A stretch of DNA of 39,414 nucleotides from Octopus bimaculoides (GCF_001194135.2 NC_069003.1:5848856-5888269), one strand, 5' to 3'; positions 1 through 10,870 are shown, counted from the stretch's first letter. The notes: generated from the letters alone by a model not told the origin. Numbers and translations: made by a program.

Positions 1-369
1 AGCACGAACACATAAGTGCGTGCACACATATGAGCGTGCACACATACGAACTTGCACACACTCACATGCTCATACCAAACAGTTTCGAAACAACGCCAAA
101 ACAACGCCAGATCATATATTCAAAATAAATGGAAGTGGAGAGACAAGTTACTGAAGAGATTGCAAGAGTGCAATGAAATAATTTAACAAAAAACTATATA
201 AATTAAATTAATAAAGGACTGAACCAGTGCGTGTGTTTATTACCGGCATAATGCCTCTCCCAAGGTTTAATTGTATTTCTTTCAACACACGTATCCACAT
301 CAAGAATCTTGCACACGAAATACACATACGAAATATATATATATATATATGTATGTTTGTTTATGTATG

Positions 370-380
370 TATATACATAT

Positions 381-417
<37 letters not shown>
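370..417. repeat. (TA)n microsatellite, one of many
   Basis: Other (TA)n arrays lie at ~13705-13750, 15640-15670, 23593-23625, 25999-26028, 30061-30250 and 35355-35383. Confidence 0.95.
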
Positions 418-421
<4 letters not shown>

Positions 422-1030
422 TCATTCACCTCTTTCTATCTGCCATCTTCCTAACTCTCACACCCACACAAATTGTGAAGAATTTCATGCTACATAAAGA
501 TATCAATCAAAATGTAATGCCACATACCATTATCGCCGAAATATAAACAAATACCAATTAGTGATATTACCCAAATAATATTCTCTTCACCCTATCAAGA
601 CATATTTTATCCTCGCTTCATTTCCGTTTAACAAATAAACAAAAAAAAAAGGTTATTTATGTTGTTGCTTTGGTTGACTTCAGCCCCTGACATAACAGAC
701 CTGCAATCAAAGTCATTCCAGATCCAACTGTGATCAGGCATAGTTTATCTAGGACTACATTATCTAATGTGTCCTGTTTTGTTTGGTGTTTAGTTGTAAG
801 CTGTTATTGTGTAGAGCTATGATGAAAGGCATTCCAGCTGTAACTGTTGTACCTCAGGTTTTTGTTTTTTTCAGGCACTGTATATCTAAGAGTACTCTTG
901 GCTTCAGTGTTCTTCGTCTTTTAGCTAGTGTTATTTGAGGGAAATGAGACTACAATTTCTAGCCGGTCGGGTGGACATGTACAGATTTTTCTCTTTAGTT
1001 CATTTGTTGGTGTGTTGTGACCAACATTTG

Positions 1031-1473
1031 TCTGTCTCTCACAACAGCTTATGTAGTTAGTTATAGACACTATAACTGTTTCACAACAGATTATGTAGTT
1101 AGTTATAGACACTACTTGCCTCACAACAGTTTGGATTGTGAGATGATGCAGGGACCAGCAGATTGTCTCACAACATCTGGTATAGTGAGATGATGCAGGG
1201 ACCAACAGACCTGTCTCACAACAGCTTATATAGTGAAATGATGCAGGAACCAGCATATTTGCCTCACAACAGCTTGTGTTGTGAGATGAAGCAGAGATCT
1301 GCCTCACAGATGCAGAGATCTACCTCACATCTTGTATAATGAGATGATGCAGGGATGAACAAACTTGTCTCACAACAGTTTGTGTAGTGAAATAATGTAG
1401 ACATCAACAGACCTGCCTTACACAACAGTTTTTTATTTCTACAGTGAGATGATTCAAAGATTAACAGACCTCA
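1031..1473. repeat. Minisatellite of about 10 diverged 40-50 bp units, core TCACAACAG...TGTGAGATGATGCAG
   Basis: TCACAAC or TCACA recurs at 1039, 1081, 1121, 1168, 1216, 1264, 1304, 1325, 1370 and ~1420. Confidence 0.9.
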
Positions 1474-1779
1474 TCCTTGAAGTACAACTTCTCCTTTCAG
1501 ACAAAATATTTTTTAGTTTTTTATTCTTTTACTTGTTTCAGTCTGTGACCATGCTGGGGCACTGCCTTGGAGGGTTTTAGTCAAACAAATTGACTCCAGT
1601 ACCTATTTTTTTTAAAAGTTTGGTATTTATTCTATTAGTCTCTTTTGCTGGACTGTTAAGTTATAAGGACACACAGAGATAAATTACCCCCCCCCCACAC
1701 ACACACTCAATGAATTTCCACACAGTTTGTCTCTATCAGATTCCTTCATAAGGCACTGATTGGCCAGGGGCTGTATTCT

Positions 1780-2160
1780 TTTATCCTTTTACTTGTTTCA
1801 GTTATTTGACTGCGGCCATGCTGGAGCACCACCTTTAGTCGAAGAAATCGATCCCAGAACTTATTCTTTGCAAGCCTAGTACTTATTCTATCGGTCTCTT
1901 TTTGCCAAACCGCTAAGTTACAGGGGCATAAACACACCAACATCAGTTGTCAAGTGATGGTGGTGGGACAAACACAAATACACAAACATATACATATATA
2001 CACATATATGGGCTTCTTTCAGTTTCCATCTCACAAATTCACTCACAAGGCTTTGGTCGGCCTGAGACTATAGTAGAAGACACATGCCCAAGGTGCCACG
2101 TAGTGGGACTGAACCCAGAACCATATGATTGGAAAGTAAGCTTCTTACCACATAGCCACG
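1780..2160 (-). mobile_element. tRNA-derived SINE family A, near full length
   Basis: On the minus strand: A/B-box-like head, ccttgggcatgtgtc core, (TG/TA)n middle and gactgaaacaagtaaaag tail. The same family recurs many times in the window, with a further partial copy at 1520-1770. Confidence 0.85.
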
Positions 2161-2984
2161 CCCGAGGTAACATGCAATGAGACTGAACCGGAAACCACCT
2201 GGTTTCAAAGCAAGCTTCTTAATCATACAGCCATGGTATATAGTCCAGAGAAACTAACGTCTTACTCTGTGTCCTGGATGAGAACTACATCATGGAAGTT
2301 AGTGAGCTTTAACAAAGTTTGTGTCAGTTCAACCAGTTGAATATTAAGGCTTGCTGTCTGCCTNNNNNNNNNNTTCACTTGTCTTTTTTTACCTCTTATA
2401 AAACTTTATACAAACTCTTGAACTTCACTAAGCATATCTCTGCATATATGCGTCTGTATATATATATATATTTGTTCATATACTTGCATATATATATATA
2501 TACACATGTACGTATGTGTGTATGCTGTTTCTTAGAGGGACTGATATTCATTTCATGGCAAATAAAAAGGAAGAGAAATACAAATGTAAAACAATACAAT
2601 TTGTGTGAAGCCATGCCTGCTGGAAGCAAATGGAGAATGAAATGGTAGGACTTTCAATTTGAGATGGTGTTAAGTACTAGTGGCGACGGTAGTGGTAAGT
2701 AGTGGTGTTGGTGGTTGTAATAGTAGTAGTGGTAGTAGGCAGTGAAGTACTGAAAATGTGAATATGGTCTGTGATATGTACTACTAGTAGTGTTGGTTGT
2801 GGTGGTGAAGTGTGGTGAGAAAATATAAGGTAGAGGCAGGTCTGCTCTGATAGACTGAAGGGAGAAACACAAAAACAAAATTATAAGTTGGCAGTTGTAA
2901 AATAAATATATATGAGATAGCAACAACAACAACAACAAAAATCTTATAGCAGTGAGTCAGGGGGAAAATGCTATAGTGAGTCAT

Positions 2985-3073
2985 ATTTCTTCTATGTAGT
3001 ATTCCCCCCTCTCTCCCTTTCTGTCTGTCAGTCTCTCTGCCTGTCTCTCTCTCTCTTTCTGTCTGTCTCTGTT

Positions 3074-3162
<89 letters not shown>

Positions 3163-3396
3163 NNNNNNNNNNNNNNNNNNNNNNNNNNNNNNNNNNNNNN
3201 NNNNNNNNNNNNNNNNNNNNNNNNNNNNNNNNNNNNNNNNNNNNNNNNNNNNNNNNNNNNNNNNNNNNNNNNNNNNNNNNNNNNNNNNNNNNNNNNNNNN
3301 NNNNNNNNNNNNNNNNNNNNNNNNNNNNNNNNNNNNNNNNNNNNNNNNNNNNNNNNNNNNNNNNNNNNNNNNNNNNNNNNNNNNNNNNNNNNNNNN

Positions 3397-3435
<39 letters not shown>
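2985..3435. repeat. (CT)n microsatellite spanning assembly gap 3163-3396
   Basis: Pure CT arrays flank the N run on both sides. Confidence 0.95.
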
Positions 3436-3440
<5 letters not shown>

Positions 3441-3922
3441 TAAACACACACACACAAACCACAGAGACTGACTTTCTCACACTCCCTCCACTGTTTGTAT
3501 GAACAATGGTGGAATCAAGATTAAGTTTAGTAACTTTTTTTTTTACAAGTCAAAAGTCCATGTCCTCTGTTTCATTTAACAAGAATAGAATTCAATAAAA
3601 ATTATTTCATACATAAAACATCTTGTGTGAAATACATTAATAAATATCTATTTATATAAAAAAAAAAAGAAAAAGCTGTCTATTTGTAAAATAAGAGTTA
3701 AAAGCTGTCTTAGCAAACCTGTACAGTGCAAACAGGAAGACAGAAACCAAGCAGTACAACAACAGCAACAACAAGCTGTGCACTCTCTTACTTCATATTC
3801 CAAGTATCTTGTCTTTTACATATTTCAATCATTGGATTGTGGCCATGCTGGGGCACTACCTTGAAGGATTCTAGTCGCATAAATCCATTTCCCTTTTGGG
3901 ACATATTTTAAAGTCTGGTACA

Positions 3923-4571
3923 GGATCTATTTTAAAACGGGGGCACCAGTTTTCATTTATGTTTTATGTAGTGTTTTTGGTACCGGAAGACTTTCAAACT
4001 TTGTATACTTATCTATTTTGTGTTATAGAACAGAAAAAAATTTTTGTATTCGAATTTATTTCATGTAAAAAATTGTCTTATTTCGATAATTTCTACTAAT
4101 CACTGACGTCTATTCAGTTGAAAACAGTTAGCGCTGTAACAGTGTATATCGTATTAATCCCCTAACCATAACCAGACTGTTAACCGTAACCCTAACCCTA
4201 AAACTAACCCTAACTCTAGAATCCAAACTCTAAAATTGTTACATACATAGATACGCACAGCGTAATTTATTATATAAACAATATATGCGTATAAATTACG
4301 ATTAAACCGGATGAAATATGTCACAGGGAATAACATTTTTATGACCGCCCAGCAGTAACTCTATTCAGCTGAATAGACGTCAGTGATTGGTTGAAATTAC
4401 AGAAATACGGCAACTTTAACATGGAATAACTTGCGAATTCCTTTTTTTTGTTAAGAAGACTAAGAGTAAAAGATGTTTTATATGACACATTCTACCAGTG
4501 TCCCAAGTTTCAAAGTGTTTCGTTAGTGTTTCGTTAAGAAAATACTGGTGCCCCCGTTTTGAAATAGATCC
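3923..4571. mobile_element. 649-bp MITE with 28-bp TIRs and an 8-bp TSD (Merlin-like; superfamily uncertain), inserted in a SINE A copy
   Basis: The left end ggatctattttaaaacgggggcaccagt and the reverse complement of the right end differ at 1 of 28 positions. TSD ctggtaca at 3915-3922 and 4572-4579. Confidence 0.9.
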
Positions 4572-4614
4572 CTGGTACATATTCTTTTGGTGTCACTCAC
4601 GCACACACACACAG

Positions 4615-4985
4615 TCTTTTATTCTTTTACTTATTTCAGTCATTTTGACTGTGGCCATGCTGGAGCACCGCCTTGAAGTGTTTTTGTCAAACAATTCGAC
4701 CTCAGGACTTATTTTTAAAGCATAGTACTTATTCTATCGGTCTCTTTTGCCGAACCGCTAAGTTACGGGGATATAAACACACCAACACCTGTTGTCAAGT
4801 GATGATGGTGGAGATACACACACACATACATATACGATGGGCTTCTTTCAGTTTCCATCTACCAAATCTACTCACAAGGCTTTGGTCTGCCCAAGGCTAT
4901 AGTAGAAGACACTTGTCCAAGGTGTCACAAAGTGAGACTGAACCCGGAACCATGTTGTTGGGAAGCAAGTCTCTTACCACACAAC
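4615..4985 (-). mobile_element. SINE family A, near full length
   Basis: Same head, core and tail blocks as 1780-2160, with several CpGs retained. Confidence 0.85.
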
Positions 4986-5000
4986 CATACCTCTACCTAT

Positions 5001-5270
5001 ATCATCATCATCATCATTTAACGTTTGTTGTTCATGCTGGCATGGGTTGGACGGTTTGACGGGGGCTGGTAAGCTGGAGGGTTGCACCAAACTCCAGTCT
5101 GATTTGGCATGGTTTTCTACGGCTGGATGCCCTTACTAATGCCAACCACTCCAAGAGTGTAATTGGTGCTTTTACATACCATTGGCGTGACACCGGTATC
5201 TGCCACAACTGCAATTTTGCTCAGCTTGATGGGTCTTCTTCTCAAGCACGACATAATGCCAAAGGTCTTG
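5001..5270 (-). mobile_element. (GAT)n-tailed retroposon (SINE/LINE 3' end family)
   Basis: (CAT)n followed by ttaacg...catgctggcatgggttggacggtttgac...ggctggatgccct. Family members recur at 5300-5430, 9180-9680, 20990-21175, 22190-22350, 22700-23030, 25124-25404, 26270-26450 and 30890-31045. Confidence 0.85.
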
Positions 5271-5299
5271 GTCATATTTATATTTAGGAGGTTGTTTGT

Positions 5300-5430
5300 T
5301 AAGGCCAGTTAGAAACTTTGCCAGATCAGATTGGAGCCTGGTGCAGCCTTCTGGCTCACTAGCCGTCAGTCAAACCGTCCAACCCATGCCAGCATGGAAA
5401 GCGGACGTTAAACAATGATGATGATAATGA
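5300..5430 (+). mobile_element. (GAT)n-tailed retroposon 3' end, opposite orientation to 5001-5270
   Basis: gtcaaaccgtccaacccatgccagcatggaaagcggacgttaaacaatgatgatgat. Confidence 0.85.
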
Positions 5431-5734
5431 TATATATGTTGTTATGTATACCTGTTAATGAGCGAGGCAGGTAATCTCATGTACTTCCTGTTAAAAAGGG
5501 GAGTGGAGAAGACAGCTAGAGCTTGGCACGGATAGTACCTAAACGAGAGACGGAGCTGTATACGGGTTGGACCGTTCACCACCTATCTGTAAACAATTGA
5601 GGACTGGACATAATCTCAATCTATGAACATTAATTTCCCTGTTTGAACACTTTCTGCTGTTGTGATCAGAAGTTTACCCCTTTCTTCTTACATTAGAAAT
5701 TGTCTGATCGTAACAATGTGCAGGAATAGCATAG

Positions 5735-6185
5735 GTGCAGGCGTGGCTGTGTGGTTAGAATCTTGCTTCCCAGGTTCAGTTCCACTGTGTAGCATCTTGG
5801 GCAAGTGTCTTCTACTCACTAGCATAGCTATTAGGGTGGGGGGCAGAATGGGGCGGTTCGCCCTGGGTGGCGCACACTCTAGCTATGCTAGTGCTTCTTT
5901 TATAACCTTAGGCCAGCCAAAGTCTTGTGAGTGGATTTCGTCGATGGAAACTAAAAGAAATCCATCATATATGTGTGTGTGTGTGTCTTTCTCTCCCCCA
6001 CATTGCTTGACAACCAATGTTGGTATGTTTATGTCCCTGTAACCTAGCAGTTCGGCAAAAGAAACCAATAGAATAAGTACCAGGCTTTAAAAGCAAATAA
6101 GTCATGAGGTCGATTTCATTGACTAAAACCCTTTGAAGCAGTGCTCCAGCATGGCTGCAGTCAAATGACTGAAACAAATAAAAAA
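5735..6185 (+). mobile_element. SINE family A, full length, interrupted by a mini-MITE
   Basis: Head gcaggcgtggctgtgtgg, B-box-like ggttcagttcc, cttgggcaagtgtcttctact core and gactgaaacaaataaaa tail. Confidence 0.85.
5817..5893. mobile_element. 77-bp hAT-type mini-MITE
   Basis: Perfect 14-bp TIRs cactagcatagcta (5817-5830) and tagctatgctagtg (5880-5893). Imperfect 8-bp TSD cttctact / cttctttt (6 of 8) that duplicates the host SINE sequence. Confidence 0.8.
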
Positions 6186-6689
6186 AGAAGAGTGCGTTTG
6201 TGTGTTGATATTTAACATGTGGTGGTTGTAAGCAAGCATTATTGTCGTATAACTGATATTGTTCATTTCCAGCCTTTAGCAAAAAATGTGTGACCATGGG
6301 AAATATTACGTTGCATAGAACCAGGTTAGGGTTGGTGACAGGAAGGGTATCCAGCTGTAGAAAATTTGCCTTGCCAAATTCTGCCTTCCTCATGTGAGCA
6401 TAGAAAAGATGATGATCATGGTTATGTCTATATGTATGTGTGTGTCTGTGTGTTTGTCCACCAATACCACTTCACAACCATTGTTGGTGTGTTTACATCC
6501 CCATAACTTAGCGGTTCAGCTTAAGGCACCAATAGAATAAGTGTGAGGATTTAAAAAATAAGTGCGGAGGTTGATTTGTTCGACTAAAGTTCATCAAGGT
6601 GGTGCCCCAGCATGGCCGCAGTCTAATGACTGAAGCAATGAAAGATGTAAAAAGGATGGTTGTTATTGTTTCACATCCTAATATTCTTT

Positions 6690-6892
6690 TCTACTCTAGG
6701 CACAAGGCCCAAAATTTTTGGGGAGGTGGAGCAGTCAATTAGATCGACCTCAGTATGCAACTGGTACTTAATTTATCAATCCCAAAAGGATGAAAGGCAA
6801 AGTCGACCTCAGCAGAATTTGAACTCATAACATAAAGACAGATGAAATACCGCTAAGCATTTCACCTGGTGTGCTAACGTTTCTGCCAGTTT
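6690..6892 (-). mobile_element. tRNA-derived SINE family N with a Deu/Nin-like core
   Basis: Minus strand reads gagttcaaattc (B box), then gtcgactttgcctttcatccttttgggattgataaattaagtaccag, resembling the recalled Deu/Nin core CCTTTCATCCTT.CGAGGTCGATAAAATGAGTACCAG. Confidence 0.75.
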
Positions 6893-7709
6893 TACCTCCT
6901 AATATTGTTGAATTTAATGCTCACCCTTCTCCAGGTCAGTCACAGAATGGTAGCAAGTCACAGCGTAAGCAACTCTACCCATGCCACATACCTTAATCTG
7001 TCATAAGTTATGTCATGTGTTGAATGGTGAAAAGTATAATTGATGACAACAGATATAACTGTGGTGAAAGCTCCATCTCAAATCTCAGATTCCATTCATG
7101 AAGAATGTGCTGCCACTATTAATATCTGTCTGCCAAAAGTGACAGACAATAACTTTCTGGATATTAAAGGGGAGAAAATAAATCTAGGGAAATAAATTCT
7201 ATTTTAGTAGCCATAACCATGTCCTCGGGGACATAGGCTGTTACTGGCAAAAATTGGCACACAGGTGAGTGAAATTAATAGTTGTGTATTTGGGAGCCTG
7301 TGATCCATGTTTAGGTCCCTAAAGGGAATGGTTTAACTTCTGTTTTGTTTCAAAGGTGATGGCAAGCCAATCGTGTTTAGGGGACATAGGAAATAGGGAT
7401 CTGGCACCATGTGAAATGGATATAGTTTAGAATAAATTCCTTATTACAATTCCAAGAATGTAATGAGAAAAGAATGTGACAGTATGTTTATATACTTATA
7501 TACATAAATGCATATATATTTAACTATATACACGCACACATGCATGTATGCACAACAGCCATACATACACATACAGAAATTCTCATACTTGTACACTCAT
7601 ACATATAAAATTTCACTCTTAAAAGCATACACCTCCCATGTATACACACACACACACATGTGTATATATATGTGTATGTATGTAATATAATATAGTATGA
7701 TATATGCAT

Positions 7710-7930
7710 CTAGTTGGCTGAATCATGAAAGCATTAGATAGATTGCTTTCAAGTATTCATTCTATTTCTCTGTGCTCTGAGTTCGAATCCCACCAAGATC
7801 AACTTTGCCTTTCATCCTTTTGGGATTGATAAACTACCAGTCAAATACTGGGATGGAGTGGAAGGGTTGATGTAATTGAGTAACCCTCTCCTCCTTAAAA
7901 TGCTGGCCTTGTACCAGAATTGGAAACATT
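7710..7930 (+). mobile_element. SINE family N (Deu/Nin-like core)
   Basis: gagttcgaatccc B box followed by actttgcctttcatccttttgggattgataa. Confidence 0.75.
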
Positions 7931-8747
7931 TGTTCTGATCTCATTAATATGATGAAATCTCTCAGACAACAGCAACACTGGCCATTTATCTCCCATCTCT
8001 CATCTGCACTGTTTATATGGACCTTAACTCTGTTGTCTGAGACTGCACTTTTGGTTCTAAACATATAAAACCCACTTGTTTTTAAAGTATTCGTATTTAA
8101 GTTAGAAACTTCCATCATAATTGTATTAAAGTAGGTTTTTTCTTAAGTTCCTGTTTCGTGTCATTTTCAATAATCATAAAACTAATAATTATTCCCATCA
8201 CTTAGACTGGACTAATTTATTACAGCATGAGTGGAAATGTAGAATATATATATATATATATATTTATATATGAGGTTATATAATTGACAAGGGAACAAAA
8301 AATGAACTTCATTAGCTCACAGCTGTTTCTGCTATTAAATGTAATGCACTAATAGTTGAATGCTTGTGTATTACCTTATGGCTTTGTCAGACCTTCAAAA
8401 ATGAAGTGTAATTCTATTTGGGAAAGCATTTATATATATATATATAGGAAAACATCACCAAAATGTAGAATTGGGTTTGGAGAGAAAAAACCCCTCCCAG
8501 AAATATGCAGATTTAAATAATTTTGTGTATGCGTGTCTATACAGATGGGCACATGAAATAACTATTTATATACATGTGTAATATATAGACAGAATATGTA
8601 TGCTAATACAGATTGTACATATGAGTGATCATAAAGAATCCAGACGAAAAGGAAATGGAGACAGGCGGAAAGTGACAGAAACCAAAATCGAGAGAGAGAG
8701 AAATCAAACTCTTTTTTGAAGTTTAGAGGGTTGTATACATATATCTA

Positions 8748-8936
8748 GGAGGGGGTGTTGAAAAGTTCCTGGCTTTAAGGGTATCGCGTAAAGCATGGTT
8801 GGAGGACCAACCTTCCAACTTCTTTTACAGGGCTTAGAAAAACTGAAGGACCACAGCAATAAGTGTGTGAATCTGAGAGGGGAATATGTTGAATAAAACC
8901 ATAATTAACTGACCCTCCTCTATCTTCTTTTACCCA
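8748..8936 (+). mobile_element. Internally deleted mariner element retaining the transposase C-terminus
   Basis: TA-flanked left TIR ggagggggtgttgaaaagttcctggcttt. 8828-8896 translates QGLEKLKDHSNKCVNLRGEYVE*, a typical mariner C-terminus. The right TIR is lost. Confidence 0.8.
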
Positions 8937-8944
8937 TTATCAGG

Positions 8945-9170
8945 ATGACATTTTGTGATAGTTGTAAACAAATGTTACTCTCATGCAAGCAGTGTCCTTC
9001 GTTTCCAATCTTCCATGGAAACATGTCTGATCTTGGGGAAATATTACCTAACTTGGAAACAGGTAAGGGTTGGTGACAGGAAGGGTATCCAGCCATAGAG
9101 AATTCACTCAGAAATTCCATCTGGACTATGGAAGCATGGAAAACTGAACATAAAAATGTTGCTGATGAAG
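8945..9170 (+). mobile_element. Retroposon family B, with a distinct body and (GAT)n-like tail
   Basis: aaacatgtctg...ggggaaatattacc...ttggaaacaggtaagggttggtgacaggaagggtatccagc. Related copies lie at 6280-6420, 21900-22110, 24170-24360, 27510-27710 and 29020-29200. Confidence 0.7.
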
Positions 9171-9179
9171 CCCTGAGCC

Positions 9180-9680
9180 TCTCTTATATTTTGGTCCATC
9201 ATCTGCCACAGTCACCTCTATCCCACCCAGTCCAAACCTCCCTATCACCCCAATGTCTCTCAAGGGCATGTCATGACACATCTTCGCCACTATCTCTCTC
9301 TCACTGTTGCTCTCTTTATCTTACTGACTCACCCACCTTCTTTACCCTATTCTCCAACTCACCCGCCTTTCTTTCCCATCTGGGGTACCCATGTATCTAC
9401 TCAACAGCAAGACACCCATCCTTGTCCCTCTATACCTTCAATTACTCATCAACCAGCACAGAGCCACCACCATGCCTCAATACTACTCCCCGCTCTCAGC
9501 CGAAGTAACTTGCTGACCCTGTGCGCACTGGTGTCATGTAAAAAGCACTGGTACTAGTACCTCATACAAAGCATAAGAAGTCATAGAAACCAAGCCAAAG
9601 CAGTCAGTGGAGTCTGGTGCAGCTCCTATCAAACTGTCCAACCCATGCCAGCATGGAAAACTTACGTTAAATGATAATGA
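9180..9680 (+). mobile_element. Longer (GAT)n-tailed retroposon copy with a C/T-rich upstream body
   Basis: A pyrimidine-rich body leads into ctctcagccgaagtaac...catgtaaaaagcac...aactgtccaacccatgccagcatgg...taaatgataatgatg. Confidence 0.6.
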
Positions 9681-10194
9681 TGTAATACATATTATATATT
9701 GCTCTTATCTCTGTATTCTGCAAACAGTTAATTTTTTTTTACAGGCTTAATTATGAAAAATTTATTAATTTTACTGAATTCTTTCAAATTCTTAATCGTT
9801 TTGAAAATTAACTAAAACACATGGGCAATGTTTTTCATTAGAAATATGGTAATGTAATTACAAGTTTAATTAATTTTATTTCAGTTTATTAAAAAGAAAA
9901 ACAAGCAAACACCCCCCAGTAAAATATTAACTCAGTCATTTATAGTTTCGAAAAACTGCTGCTATAAATATCAGTTCTCATCATTACTGATGATCTCTCT
10001 GCAACAAACCAGCATCGCCCCTGGGTGCCTCCCTTGGCAAGTGCTATTTGTTCATCATTGAAATGGGTATGGCAGCTTTCCTTTGAGTATATTTCTTACA
10101 AGGCACCATCTTGTCCCTGTCATGTAACTGAGTTCACCACACACGTCTGGGATCTCAGAATGTAGAGAACAAGAACAAAACTCAAAAAACATTT

Positions 10195-10870
10195 TATCTA
10201 TCATCTTTTACTTGTTTCAGTCATTAGACTGTGGCCATGCTGGGGTATCAACTTGATGAACTTTTAGTCGATTGAATTGACCCCCAGTACTTATGAGTTT
10301 TTTAAGCTTGGCACTTATTCTATTGATCTATTTTGTTGAACCACTAAGTTACAAGGATGTAAATACACCAACACTGGTTGTCAAGCAGTAGTAGAGGACA
10401 AATACTGACTCAAACACATGCACATTTATGGAGGGCTCCCCAACCACATGGTTTTCAGTTCTACTATAGCCTCAGGCCAACCAAAGCCTTGTGAATGGAT
10501 TAAGTAGATAGAAGCTGAAAGAAACCCATCATGTTTGTATGTATGTATGTATGTATGTATGTATGTGTGTGTGTGTGTGTGTATAAAGAAAAAGGAGGTA
10601 GTCAGAATTTTGGATAATTACTTAGTGCTTTCATCTCATTTCAGTGATTCATCATGTGTGTGTGTGCATGCGTGTGTTTGTCCCCCTCACCATTTGACGA
10701 CCAGTGTTGGTGTGTTTACATCTCTTTAACAAAGCACTTTAGCAAAAGAAAAGTACCAGGCTTCAAAAACAAAATGAGTACTGGGGTTGGTTCATTCGAC
10801 TGGAATTCTTGAAGGAGGTGCTCCAGCATGGCCGCAATCTAATAACTGAAACAGATAAAAGGCAAAAGAT
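10195..10870. mobile_element. Cluster of three SINE A halves (3' half on -, head half on +, 3' half on +)
   Basis: Family blocks at 10195-10420, 10430-10560 and 10660-10870. Confidence 0.75.

Noticed and set aside
1031-1473. CRISPR-like appearance of the palindromic repeat array, and ORF 921..1307
   Set aside because: The sequences between the palindromes are homologous to each other rather than unique spacers, there are no cas genes, and the context is eukaryotic. The ORF is a product of the repeat.
4161-4217. Telomere or chromosome-fusion scar
   Set aside because: Only a few degenerate CCCTAA units, lying inside a TIR/TSD-bounded mobile element.
7834-8118. Minus-strand 94-aa ORF as a nested antisense gene
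   Set aside because: It runs into a SINE N copy, has no recognisable motif, and its length is within chance expectation.
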